Positions 45,838 to 55,055 of a stretch of DNA of 64,000 bases are shown here, one piece after another (position 1 is the stretch's first letter; the number at the start of each line of letters is the position of its first letter). The notes beneath the pieces were generated by a model. The model was not told where the DNA came from, ran no database searches, and was given only the letters and a program-made list of their open reading frames with translations. Where the stretch lies: contig JANNXA010000036.1 of the NCBI GenBank assembly GCA_031409275.1, positions 57,839 to 121,838 of the forward strand, read 5' to 3'. The translations under genes and the position numbers were made by a program. Origin of the DNA: Planctomycetota bacterium. GTDB lineage: Bacteria > Planctomycetota > B15-G4 > SIAN01.

Positions 45838-47036
45838 TTGGAGTCCGCCGTTGCGACGATGACGTCGACCTGCGCTTGCGGACGCAGCAATTCGCGCAAT
45901 GCGGCCTGCGCTTGCGCCCGGCCCCATTGCCGCCAACGATCGACCCGTTGCTCCGCCGCGAGCGGCGCCGAATGGAGCACCCCCGCGAGCGCGAGCGCGC
46001 GTGCCTGCGCCGCCGCGCTGTCGATCGAGTTCGCCGCTTCCATCCGCGCAAGCAGCGCCCGGAAACGGCTGTCGTCGAGGCCGGCGCTCCCGTGCAGCTC
46101 GGCCACCGCCTGCGCAAGGCGCGTCGAGAGAGCGGCTCCTTCAGGGGCCTCCGCGAAGGCGATCAGTCCGCCTTGCCGATCGTGCTCGACCAGCAGCGGT
46201 GTCGATGCAGCAGCCTCCGCGAGGAACGCGGCAGCCAGCGCGAGGCGATCGCCGCGCGGATCCTCGCTCCAAGCCACCCGGAAGCCGACGACGTCCATGG
46301 TCGCGCCCGTCGGTGCTTCGACGCGCCGTGCTCGCGCGGCCGGCAGCTCTCGAATCCACGGCGCGGCGACCCCTTTGGCGCGCGGCAGCCGTTCGAGCAC
46401 GCGGCCCGCTGCCAGCGCGAGCGGAGCCGGATCCGTCGCCGTGACCAACGCGAGCATCGCTCCCTCGCAGCCACAACGCGCGGCGAAGAACTGCAGCAAC
46501 TCCTCCTTGGTGGGCGGCTTGCGCGAGGAGCGCCGCGCCGCACCGAAACCCTCCGGGCTCTGCGGCGCCGCGGCTTCGCGGAAGCGCTGCACGGCACCGA
46601 CCGGCGGAGTCGACTGCAGCGCAAGGAGCTCGGTGAAGCGCGCGTCGTCGCAGGTCGCGGCCGTCAGCGTGTCGAGCAACGAAGTGAGCACGCCTTCCAG
46701 TTCGGCGAGCTTCGAGTTCCCGTGCAGCAACAACGCCGTCGGCAGCAGTTCCGCAGTGAGCCGCGCCTCGCCGCTGCTGACGTGAGTCAACGCATCCGCA
46801 GCGAGGCGCGCCATCCCGCTGCCGGGCGGACTCTGGTCATCGGCCCAGCCGAACGGGAGCGCGAGGTTGAACGCGACCTCATCCGCGGGCAGCTCGGTTG
46901 CGAGTCCGGCCGCCGGCGCGATCACGACGATGCGCGCGCCCGATTCGAGCAGCACCTCATGCGCGCGCCCAGGAGCGGCGAACGGCGCGATTCCAACTGC
47001 GGACGCAACAACCAGCAGGGCTTCAACGCACCGCAA
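45834..47036 (-). CDS. Exported M16 (insulinase)-like protein lacking HxxEH
   Basis: Probable TTG start 47036; HEVLLESGARIVV...LPFGWADD...GMARLAADAL aligns by eye to the M16 N-terminus; EELLQFF; ATGA-coupled to oppA. Confidence 0.45.
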   Translation of the reverse strand: MRCVEALLVVASAVGIAPFAAPGRAHEVLLESGARIVVIAPAAGLATELPADEVAFNLALPFGWADDQSPPGSGMARLAADALTHVSSGEARLTAELLPTALLLHGNSKLAELEGVLTSLLDTLTAATCDDARFTELLALQSTPPVGAVQRFREAAAPQSPEGFGAARRSSRKPPTKEELLQFFAARCGCEGAMLALVTATDPAPLALAAGRVLERLPRAKGVAAPWIRELPAARARRVEAPTGATMDVVGFRVAWSEDPRGDRLALAAAFLAEAAASTPLLVEHDRQGGLIAFAEAPEGAALSTRLAQAVAELHGSAGLDDSRFRALLARMEAANSIDSAAAQARALALAGVLHSAPLAAEQRVDRWRQWGRAQAQAALRELLRPQAQVDVIVATADSK

Positions 47037-47409
47037 TGGCTTCGATCTCCACCAACGCTCCCTTGGGCAGACCGGCGACCGCAACGGTCGCGCGCGCCGG
47101 GCGATGGTCACCGAAACGCTCGGCATAGACCTGATTCATCGCGGCGAAGTGGCCCATGTCGGTCAGGTAGACCGTCGTCTTCACGACGTGCCCGAGCGTC
47201 GCCCCTGCCGCAGCCAGCACCGCCGTGAGGTTGTCGAACACCCGCCGCGTCTGCGCCGCGACATCACTGCCCCCCATCAACTTGCCGCCGCTGCCCGCCT
47301 CGAGTGCGACCTGCCCGGAGCAGAAGATGAGGCCGTTGGCGACGATGGCCTGCGAGTAGGGGCCGATGGCGTCGGGTGCGTTGGGCGAAGTGACGTGCTC
47401 AATGATCAC
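47023..47409 (-). CDS. ridA: RidA/YjgF enamine deaminase
   Basis: APDAIGPYSQA, SGQV, VKTTVYL, MNQVY, PARATV, LPKGALVEIEAIA. Confidence 0.93.
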   Translation of the reverse strand: MIIEHVTSPNAPDAIGPYSQAIVANGLIFCSGQVALEAGSGGKLMGGSDVAAQTRRVFDNLTAVLAAAGATLGHVVKTTVYLTDMGHFAAMNQVYAERFGDHRPARATVAVAGLPKGALVEIEAIAVR

Positions 47410-47896
47410 GCGAGGGATCCTCCGCCAGCCGCTGCTCGACGCGCGGCCGAATGCACTCGGGAACAAGACCGCGCAGATCCGCTCCGAAGCGTCCTGCGTC
47501 GCGCACGAGCCGCGCCGAAACGAAGGCGTGTTCCGGCGCCGACATCACGAACAGCGTTTCGATCGACGGCGCGAGCTTCCGGTTCATCTGCGCCATGGTC
47601 AGCTCGTAGTCGAAATCGGCGGCGCTCCGAACGCCGCGCAGCAGGCAGGAGATCCCCTGGGCGCGGGCGAACTCGACCACGAGCCCATCGAACGCGACCA
47701 CACGGGCCTTGATCCCTTCCGCGTCGAGCACCGTGCGCAGCAGCTCGAGGCGCTCTTCCACCGAGAAGCGCGACTGCTTCGCGGGGTTGCGGCCGACTGC
47801 CACCCAAAGCGCTTCGCACACAGCAGCGCCACGCCGGATCACGTCGAGGTGTCCGAGCGTCGGCGGATCGAAGCTGCCGGGGTAGAGAGCGCGCAC
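47399..47896 (-). CDS. coaD: Phosphopantetheine adenylyltransferase
   Basis: Start GTG 47896; YPGSFDPPTLGHLDVI, RGVRSAADFDYE, MNRKL. Confidence 0.95.
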   Translation of the reverse strand: MRALYPGSFDPPTLGHLDVIRRGAAVCEALWVAVGRNPAKQSRFSVEERLELLRTVLDAEGIKARVVAFDGLVVEFARAQGISCLLRGVRSAADFDYELTMAQMNRKLAPSIETLFVMSAPEHAFVSARLVRDAGRFGADLRGLVPECIRPRVEQRLAEDPSRDH

Positions 47897-47953
47897 GATG
47901 GCGGCATTGTATCGGCGAAGGTCACTGCACCCGGCGGACGACGTCTTGCGTTC

Positions 47954-50203
47954 ATGCCCGCCGCACACCGACCCGCCTCGCTGCCACCGCTCCTCGAGGG
48001 GGCTTTGTGGCTGATCCTTGCGGCGCTGCTGTGCTTGCCGATCGAGTGGAGCCTCGCGATCGGCGGCCTGCTCGCGCTCGATCCCCGCGGCGGCATCGCG
48101 CGCGGCGGGTTCTGGCTCGCGGGCGCCACGCTCGGGATCGCGGCGGGCAGCCTCCCGGTGAGCCTCGAGTCGCGATTCGACGGCTGGGTCCGTGCGCGCT
48201 CCGACCGGCAAGCGACCCGTGGCAGCGGCACCATCGCGTGGATCGAGCCGGTCGCAACGGCGTCGCCTGCCGTGACCACGCCGCTGCTGTGGCTCGACCC
48301 GAGTGCAGCGACCCTTGCCGCCGGCGACTGGTTCTGCGTCTCCGGAGTCGTGCGGTACGGCGACTCACCGCGCAATCCGGGCGGCCGACCAGGGCTCGCG
48401 ACGATGCGCGCCACGACCGCCGTCGCTCCCGACCTGGCGCGAGGCGTGCTTCCCCCGCCGCTGCGCTGGCCGCAGTGGTTGGGCGACTCGCTCGCGAGCT
48501 TGATCGATCGGCGCCTTGCGACGCTCTTCGATCCGCGCGCCGCGGCGCTCGCCCGTGCGCTGGCGCTTGGGCGGGCCGACCGACTCGACGGGCAACTACG
48601 CCAGGCGCTGCGTGATTGCGGCGCGTGGCACCTCATCGCCGTGAGCGGAAGCCACGTCGTCCTGCTCGTCGCCATGCTGCGCCCGTTGCTGCCGCGTCGT
48701 CGCCCGCGGCTCGCGCTGACGCTGGCGCTTGCCGCGGTCGGACTCTTCGTGCTGTTGTGCGGCGCGCAACCGCCGGTGCTGCGCGCAGCGATCGGATTCG
48801 CGGCGTATCAGCTGGCGCGCCGCTTCGGATTCGCGAACGGCGGCGTGCGCATCCTCGCGGCGGCGTTCCTGCTGCTGATCGCCGCCTCGCCGACCTTGCT
48901 GATGGACGCCGGAGTGCAGCTCTCCTTCGCGGCCGTCTTCGCGCTCGAAGTGGCGGGTCGCTACGGTCCGTCGCGCTCCCCCCGCGGCACCGGCCACGGC
49001 ATCGATTGGCGCGTTCCGCTCGGGCGCGCCTGCCGGGCGGCGCTCTTCGCCAGCACCGCAACGGCGCCGCTGACCGCGCTCCACTTCGGAAGCGTCGCGT
49101 GGCTGGCGCCACTCGCGACGGTGCTGCTGACTCCGCTGGTGACCGTTGGCCTGGCCACCAGCCTGATCGCAACGCTCCTCATCTGGTGGCCACCGTTCGT
49201 CACCGCGCCGTGCAACGCGCTGCTTTCAGCGCTCGATTCGATGATTGGCTCGCTCGCCGCCGCGCTCGCGGCGCTGCCGGCCACGCCGCTCGAAGTCGTT
49301 CCTCCCTCCCTCTTCGCGCGCCTCGCACTGCTCGGGTTCTGGGTCGCGCTTTTCCTGCGGCGCACGGGCGTCGCGCTGCTGGTGGCGGCGGCGCTGCTCG
49401 TGCGGTCGCTCCTCCCTGCGACCGTGGCGTCCGTGATGCCTCGTTCCACCACCCCTTCCACGAAGCAGCGCGCCACGCTCGATCTGCTCGATGTCGGACA
49501 TGGACAAGCGATCCTGCTGCGCGATGCCGAAACGGCGTGGCTCTTCGACAGCGGCAGCAGCCAGTGGGACGATGCGGCGCCGCTGGTCAACGCGCTGCGC
49601 GCGCTCGAAGTGCCGGCGCTCGACGGCTTGATTCTCTCCCACCTCGATGCGGATCACTGCAACCTCGCCGCCTCCCTGATGGATCGATGGCCGATCGCGG
49701 CGCTCTACGTTTCGCCGCAGGCCGACGCCGAACTGAGGAGCGTGTCCCACGGCCCGCTCGCCGATCTGGCCGCGCGAGCGCGGGCTCGTGGCATACCGCG
49801 ACGCGTCGTCACCGCCGGCCAGAACGTGGGCGTCCACCGCGTGGTCTGGCCACCCTCCGAACGCCGTTTCAGCGCCCGCAACGACGCCTCTCTCGCCGTC
49901 GTCGCGAAACTCGCCGAACAGCAGGTGCTGTTGCCCGGCGACCTCGAGGGCTATCCGCTGCTCGATCTGGCGCACCGCATCGACGACGCAATCGACCTTC
50001 TGGTGCTGCCGCATCACGGCAACCGCGACGCCGGACTCGCCACCCTCCTCGAGCGAACGCGAGCGCGCCTTGCCTTCGCGAGTCGCTCTGAAACGGAGCT
50101 GCCGCCGGAAACCGTGCGCGCGCTCGCCGAGCGCTGGGTTCCGTGGCGATCGAGCGCACGGAGCGGGTGGCTCCACTACGACGCTTCGGAGCGGTTCCGA
50201 TGA
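47954..50203 (+). CDS. comEC: ComEC/Rec2 DNA uptake channel with metallo-beta-lactamase domain
   Basis: HLIAVSGSHV, PVLRA, QLSFAA, LDVGHGQA, SHLDADH, PGD, PHHG; start uncertain. Confidence 0.9.
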   Translation: MPAAHRPASLPPLLEGALWLILAALLCLPIEWSLAIGGLLALDPRGGIARGGFWLAGATLGIAAGSLPVSLESRFDGWVRARSDRQATRGSGTIAWIEPVATASPAVTTPLLWLDPSAATLAAGDWFCVSGVVRYGDSPRNPGGRPGLATMRATTAVAPDLARGVLPPPLRWPQWLGDSLASLIDRRLATLFDPRAAALARALALGRADRLDGQLRQALRDCGAWHLIAVSGSHVVLLVAMLRPLLPRRRPRLALTLALAAVGLFVLLCGAQPPVLRAAIGFAAYQLARRFGFANGGVRILAAAFLLLIAASPTLLMDAGVQLSFAAVFALEVAGRYGPSRSPRGTGHGIDWRVPLGRACRAALFASTATAPLTALHFGSVAWLAPLATVLLTPLVTVGLATSLIATLLIWWPPFVTAPCNALLSALDSMIGSLAAALAALPATPLEVVPPSLFARLALLGFWVALFLRRTGVALLVAAALLVRSLLPATVASVMPRSTTPSTKQRATLDLLDVGHGQAILLRDAETAWLFDSGSSQWDDAAPLVNALRALEVPALDGLILSHLDADHCNLAASLMDRWPIAALYVSPQADAELRSVSHGPLADLAARARARGIPRRVVTAGQNVGVHRVVWPPSERRFSARNDASLAVVAKLAEQQVLLPGDLEGYPLLDLAHRIDDAIDLLVLPHHGNRDAGLATLLERTRARLAFASRSETELPPETVRALAERWVPWRSSARSGWLHYDASERFR

Positions 50204-50305
50204 GCGCGAGCGATCACGCCGCGCGCGCGGCCCCGGCAGGCCTGCGCCTTGCTAGCCTTCCCTCCCTGCCGCCCGCACGGCGGCGGACCGCGATGGAGCA
50301 CTGCG

Positions 50306-51502
50306 ATGGTCTGGACGTGGTTCTTTCCGATCGTCGCGTCGGCCCTGTCGCCCGCGCTGACTCCGGGTCCAACTCCGGAGCCGACCCCGGATGTCGTCGA
50401 GCTGCACGATGGCTCGCGACTCGTGGGCGAGATCCACTCGACCGCGGACGGGATCACACTCGAAAGCGCGCTCGGCTGCCTCCATTTCGCGAGCCGCGAG
50501 ATCGCTCGCCTCGAACGGCGCAACGACCTGCTGCCACGTGTCCGCAACGCGCTCCGCGCCGCCGGAGAACAAGGTCACGCGCTGCTGGCCGTTGCCACCT
50601 TCGCGCTCGATCGCGGCCTCTATCCGGAAGCCTTCGACGCGCTCGATGCGGCCGCGGCCGCGTCGGCGCCCCCGCAAGCGATGGGCGAGTTCGCTGCCGA
50701 GCTCGACGCGGCGGCGCTCCTCGAGGGGTGTGGGCGCGGCCGACCGCCGCAATCGGAAGCCAACCGCTGCGCCCTGCTCGCCCGCGTCGGCGGTCGGAGC
50801 CTCTCGCGCGCGGCCTTCGCAAGACAGCGGCTCCTCGAGATCGAGCCGCAGTCGCGCACCGACTTCCTGCTCGATCGGCTTGCCCGTGGCAGCGCCGTCG
50901 AGCGACGGGCGGCGGTCACGCTCCTCGCGGCCGAGCCGAACGCACGCGCTTTGGGCAAGCTTGTGCGCGCGTCGCTGCTCGACTCCGACGCCGCCGTGCG
51001 CGACGGAGCGCGCACCGCCGCCCTCGCGTCGCACCACCCGCAACTCGTGACGGCCTACCTTCCGGCGCTTGCCACCGATTCCGCGACGCTGCGGCAACGG
51101 GCCTATCCGGCGCTGGCCGAACTCAAGGATCCGCGCGCCGTCGATGGCTTGATCGGCATGCTCGAACCGCGGCCGGCGCCGGCTGGCAGCGGCGGCGGCT
51201 CGACCCCTCCCCGCGCCAACGTCTTCTTCGGTGAGCAGCGCGCCTTCGTCCAGGACTTCGACGTCGAGATCGCGAATGGGGCCGTGATCGCCAAGCCGGT
51301 GATCGGCGTGCTGCAGTCGGGCGTCGCGCTGGATGTCGCCGTGGCGGGCGTCCTCGTCATCCGGACCGAGGAGCGGCGGGTCGTGGTCGATGCGCTGCAG
51401 CGTCTGACCGGCCAGTCGTTCGGCAGCGATGCGGCGGCCTGGCGCAACTGGTGGAGCGCGCAACACGGCGAGCTGCCCGCGGACACCGCTTCGCGCCGCT
51501 GA
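50306..51502 (+). CDS. Exported HEAT-repeat protein containing a secretin-like beta-hairpin segment
   Basis: Start ATG 50306 after GGAG; DVVELHDGSRLVGEI; HEAT-like helices; insert RANVFFGEQRAFVQDFDVEIANGAVIAKPVIGVLQSGVALDV; ALQRLTGQSFGSDAAAWRNWW. Confidence 0.8.
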   Translation: MVWTWFFPIVASALSPALTPGPTPEPTPDVVELHDGSRLVGEIHSTADGITLESALGCLHFASREIARLERRNDLLPRVRNALRAAGEQGHALLAVATFALDRGLYPEAFDALDAAAAASAPPQAMGEFAAELDAAALLEGCGRGRPPQSEANRCALLARVGGRSLSRAAFARQRLLEIEPQSRTDFLLDRLARGSAVERRAAVTLLAAEPNARALGKLVRASLLDSDAAVRDGARTAALASHHPQLVTAYLPALATDSATLRQRAYPALAELKDPRAVDGLIGMLEPRPAPAGSGGGSTPPRANVFFGEQRAFVQDFDVEIANGAVIAKPVIGVLQSGVALDVAVAGVLVIRTEERRVVVDALQRLTGQSFGSDAAAWRNWWSAQHGELPADTASRR

Positions 51503-51565
51503 GATTCGGCGCCTCGGGCGCGCACGCAACCGTCACCGCTCGGCGCGAATGTCGTCCTGACGTGC

Positions 51566-53137
51566 ATGCAGGACGAACCGATCGATCCCGACCTCGTGGA
51601 GTCGCTGGCACGCGCGCGCGGAGCGACGTTGGCGGATCTCGCGGCCGTGCCAGTCGAGGTCGAAGTTCGGCTGCTGCGCGGGCTGCTCGGCCTCGTGAAG
51701 ATCATCGGGCTGCCCGATTCTGCGCTGCGCGAGAGTCGCGAACGGGTGAGCGCCGCCACCGAGGCCAGCGGCCTTTCGTTCCCCGACCGCTCGATCTTGG
51801 TCAACCTCGCTCCGGCCGAGACCCGCAAGGTCGGACCTGGCCTCGACCTGCCGATCGCCTGCGCGATCCTGGCGGCGAGCGGCCAACTCCCGCTCGAATC
51901 GCTCGAGGCGCCCTTGCTCTTTGGCGAGCTCGCGCTCGACGGACGCCTGCGCGCAGTGCGAGGGGTGGTGGCGGTCGGCCTGCATGCGCGACGCGAGGGG
52001 CGCCGTCTGGTGGTGCCGCGGGCCGCGCTCGCCGACCTCGCGCTGGTGCGCGGGCTCGACGTGGTCGGAGTCGACTCGTTGCGCGACGTCGTGAAGCGGC
52101 TGCGCGGCGAGGTGGAGTTCGCCCCGTCGCCGCTGCCCGAAGTCGCCGCGTCCGGAGGTGAGAGCGACGCCGATGCCACGCTGTTCGATTCGATCGTCGG
52201 ACAGGATGAGGCGAAGGCGGTCGTGCTCGCGGCGGCTGCGGGCGGCCACCACTTGCTGCTGTCTGGTCCGCCCGGCAGCGGCAAGAGCATGCTGGCGCGA
52301 GCACTCGCGACGCTGCTGCCGAATCTCGACGAGTCGGCAGCACTCGAGGTCTCCTGCATCCATTCCGCGGCCGGACTCGCCGCCCGTGAGTCGCCGCTGC
52401 GCCCGCCCCTGCGGGCACCGCACGGCTCAGTGACCGTCGCGGGGCTCGCCGGCGGTGGAACTCCGCCGCGACCGGGGGAGCTCACCCTGGCTCACCACGG
52501 AGTGCTCTTCCTCGACGAGTTGCCCCACTTTCGCCGCGAGGCGATCGACTTGCTGCGCGCGCCGCTCGAGGAGGGAGTCATCGCGCTCGCTCGCGGCGGA
52601 CGGACGCACCGCTACCCGACGCGCTTCCAGCTCGTCGCGGCGATGAACCCCTGTCCGTGCGGCAACGCAGGCGAGCCGAACAGCGCCTGTTCCTGCTCGC
52701 CGGCCATGATCGAGCGCCATCGCGCGCGTGTCAGCGCTGCGATCCTCGATCGCATCGACCTCTCCGTTCGCGTCCCCTTCGTGCCGTCCGATCGGCGCCG
52801 CGCCTCACCCGCCTCACTGGGACGCGACGCCGCGCGCGCACGCATCGCGGCCGCGCAACGACGGGCACGCGCACGCAACGGCGGCGTGCTGAATGCCGCG
52901 CTGCCCGCCGCGGCGCTGACCGCCGGGATCACGCTCGACCGCACTTCACGCGACTGGCTGGCGACGACCGTCGATCGTCTGCGCCTGTCGCTTCGAGCCC
53001 ACCACCGGCTGCTGCGGGTGGCGCGGACGCTCGCCGATCTCGACGAGGTCGACGCAATCGAGCAGCGCCATCTCGTGCGCGCCCTCACCTGGCGCGAACC
53101 GGAGCGCAGCGATGGCGGCCGCGAGATCCGATCGTGA
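51566..53137 (+). CDS. comM: ComM/YifB Mg-chelatase-like AAA+ ATPase
   Basis: IIGLPD..ESRERV, NLAPA, DLPIA, GELALDG, GPPGSGKSM, RPGELTLAHHGVLFLDE, AAMNPCPCG, RVARTLADL. Confidence 0.93.
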   Translation: MQDEPIDPDLVESLARARGATLADLAAVPVEVEVRLLRGLLGLVKIIGLPDSALRESRERVSAATEASGLSFPDRSILVNLAPAETRKVGPGLDLPIACAILAASGQLPLESLEAPLLFGELALDGRLRAVRGVVAVGLHARREGRRLVVPRAALADLALVRGLDVVGVDSLRDVVKRLRGEVEFAPSPLPEVAASGGESDADATLFDSIVGQDEAKAVVLAAAAGGHHLLLSGPPGSGKSMLARALATLLPNLDESAALEVSCIHSAAGLAARESPLRPPLRAPHGSVTVAGLAGGGTPPRPGELTLAHHGVLFLDELPHFRREAIDLLRAPLEEGVIALARGGRTHRYPTRFQLVAAMNPCPCGNAGEPNSACSCSPAMIERHRARVSAAILDRIDLSVRVPFVPSDRRRASPASLGRDAARARIAAAQRRARARNGGVLNAALPAAALTAGITLDRTSRDWLATTVDRLRLSLRAHHRLLRVARTLADLDEVDAIEQRHLVRALTWREPERSDGGREIRS

Positions 53138-53154
53138 ACCATCGACGCAGCCGC

Positions 53155-54696
53155 TCAGCGCGCCAGCGGCAGTCCGAGGTGTGGTGCAACCCAGAGGATC
53201 CACACGGTGACCAGCAGTGCGCTCAGCAAGTCGAGCACGAGGCCGACGCGCACCATCTCGCCGATGCGCAGCTTGCGCGTCGCGAAGACGATCGCGTTGG
53301 GGGCGGTGCCAGCCGGCATCATGAAACCACAGCTCGCGGCGAGCGTCGCCGGCACCAGCAACAGCGCCGGTGGCAGGTCGAGCAAGGGTGCCACCGCCGA
53401 CAGGATCGGCAGGAGGACCTGCGCGCAGGCCGTGTTGTTCATGAACTCCGAAACGAGGATCACGAACAGGCAGGTCACCAGCACGATGACGAAGGTCGGC
53501 GCGCCGGCGAGGGAATGGGCGAGTGCGGTCCCGAGGATCTTGCTCAATCCGCTCGATTGGAAAGCGTCGCCGATCGCGAAGCCTCCCCCGAACAGCAGAA
53601 GGATGCCCCACGGCATCTTGCTCTCCGCCTCGCTCCATTCGAGCAGCGGCACTCGACCGCCGCCGCGCGGCGGCACCATTCCGACCGTGGGTCGGACCCG
53701 TACCGCGAAGCACAGCAGCGTGAGGGCCATGGCCACGGTGCCGTCGCTGATCCAACCCTTCGGCCAGGCGAAGCGACCCCATCCGAACCACGAGCTCCCT
53801 CCCACCTCGAAGGGCTCGCGCGTGATCCAGAGCAGCGCCGCGGACACGAAGATCAAGGTGACCAGCAGCTCGCCGAGCGACCAGCGCGGCAACGCCGCCG
53901 CTTCCGCGCGAACGGCGGTGCGCGTCGTCGATCCGTCCAGGCGCGGCAGTCGATACGCGAGGACCAGACCGACGGCGAGCGCCAGCAGCAGCGCCAGAGG
54001 CGCGAACGCGATCAGCCATTGCAGGAAGCTGATCTCGGGCGGGCCACCCGGCGTGCCGGCCCCGAAATCGCGCACGTAGCGCTCGCGGAAGACCAGATTC
54101 GGGGGTGTTCCGACGTAGGTACCGAGCCCTCCTGCGGTCGCGCCGTACGCGATGGCGAGCAGGAGCGATCGCTCGACGCGCGCGCCGTCGGCGGGCGGCA
54201 GCTCGTGCGCGAGGCGCCGGCCGACTGCCAACGCGATCGGCAGGAGGACCAGCGCCGTGCCGCTGTTGCTGATCCACATCGAGACGAGCGCCGCGGCCAG
54301 CGCGCAGCCGACCACCAAGCGCCGTGGCGCGCCACCGATGGCGCCGAGGACGGCGAGTGCGAGGCGGCGATGGAGCCCCCACCGCTCGAGCGCGAGCGCG
54401 AGCAGGAATCCTCCCAGCAGGAGGATCAGGAGATCGTCCATGTAGAGGCGCGCGGTCTCGCCGGCGCTCTTCAATCCGAACAGCGGCAGCAAGACGAGCG
54501 GCAACAGCGAGGTCACCGCGATCGGCAGCGCTTCGAGGATCCACCAGAGTGCGACCCAGGCCGTGATCGCGAGCGTCTGGAGCGGCGGACCGTCGAGGCC
54601 GCCCGGTTTCCACCAGAGCAGGGCGAGGCAGGCGAGCGGCCCCGCGACGATGGCGAGCGGCCGCGCGTTGCCGTCACCATGCGGCGCTTCGTTCAC
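53155..54696 (-). CDS. DASS/SLC13 sodium:dicarboxylate/sulfate symporter
   Basis: Start GTG 54696 (GTGA overlap with cutA); EALPIAVTSLLP, SMWISNSGT, GTPPN, WGILLLFGGG, SEFMNNTA, FMMPAGTAPNAIV. Confidence 0.9.
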   Translation of the reverse strand: MNEAPHGDGNARPLAIVAGPLACLALLWWKPGGLDGPPLQTLAITAWVALWWILEALPIAVTSLLPLVLLPLFGLKSAGETARLYMDDLLILLLGGFLLALALERWGLHRRLALAVLGAIGGAPRRLVVGCALAAALVSMWISNSGTALVLLPIALAVGRRLAHELPPADGARVERSLLLAIAYGATAGGLGTYVGTPPNLVFRERYVRDFGAGTPGGPPEISFLQWLIAFAPLALLLALAVGLVLAYRLPRLDGSTTRTAVRAEAAALPRWSLGELLVTLIFVSAALLWITREPFEVGGSSWFGWGRFAWPKGWISDGTVAMALTLLCFAVRVRPTVGMVPPRGGGRVPLLEWSEAESKMPWGILLLFGGGFAIGDAFQSSGLSKILGTALAHSLAGAPTFVIVLVTCLFVILVSEFMNNTACAQVLLPILSAVAPLLDLPPALLLVPATLAASCGFMMPAGTAPNAIVFATRKLRIGEMVRVGLVLDLLSALLVTVWILWVAPHLGLPLAR

Positions 54697-55031
54697 GACT
54701 GCGTCTCGCGAGCGACCCATTCGAGGTAGGGAGCGAAGCCCGCCACGATCGGCAGCGCGATGATCTCGGGCAATTCGTAGGGATGGAGCGCGCGAACCCG
54801 CGCGACGAGCGCGTCGAAGCGGCTGCGAGAACTCTTCGCGATCAGCAACAGCTCATCGGCGCGATCGAGCGCCCCGTTCCAGCGGAACAACGACTGCAAC
54901 GGGCCAAGGCGACCGACGCATGCCGCGAGCCGCTCTTCGACGAGCGCCGTCGCCACGCGCTCGGCGCAGACGACGTCGGGCACGGTGATGAGGACGACGA
55001 GGAGCGCATCGCCAGTTGCCAGGTCCGCCAT
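54693..55031 (-). CDS. cutA: Divalent-cation tolerance protein CutA
   Basis: LVEERLAACV, SLFRWNG, E.LLIAKS, HPYELPEIIALP, YLEWV. Confidence 0.93.
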   Translation of the reverse strand: MADLATGDALLVVLITVPDVVCAERVATALVEERLAACVGRLGPLQSLFRWNGALDRADELLLIAKSSRSRFDALVARVRALHPYELPEIIALPIVAGFAPYLEWVARETQS

Positions 55032-55040
55032 GGGCGCGGG

Positions 55041-55048
55041 ACTATACT
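55041..55048. promoter_or_regulatory. Overlapping divergent -10 hexamers (cutA / GT-C gene)
   Basis: TATACT (+, 55043-55048) 7 nt before ATG 55056; TATAGT (-, 55046-55041) 9 nt before ATG 55031. Confidence 0.55.
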
Positions 55049-55055
55049 CCGCACC

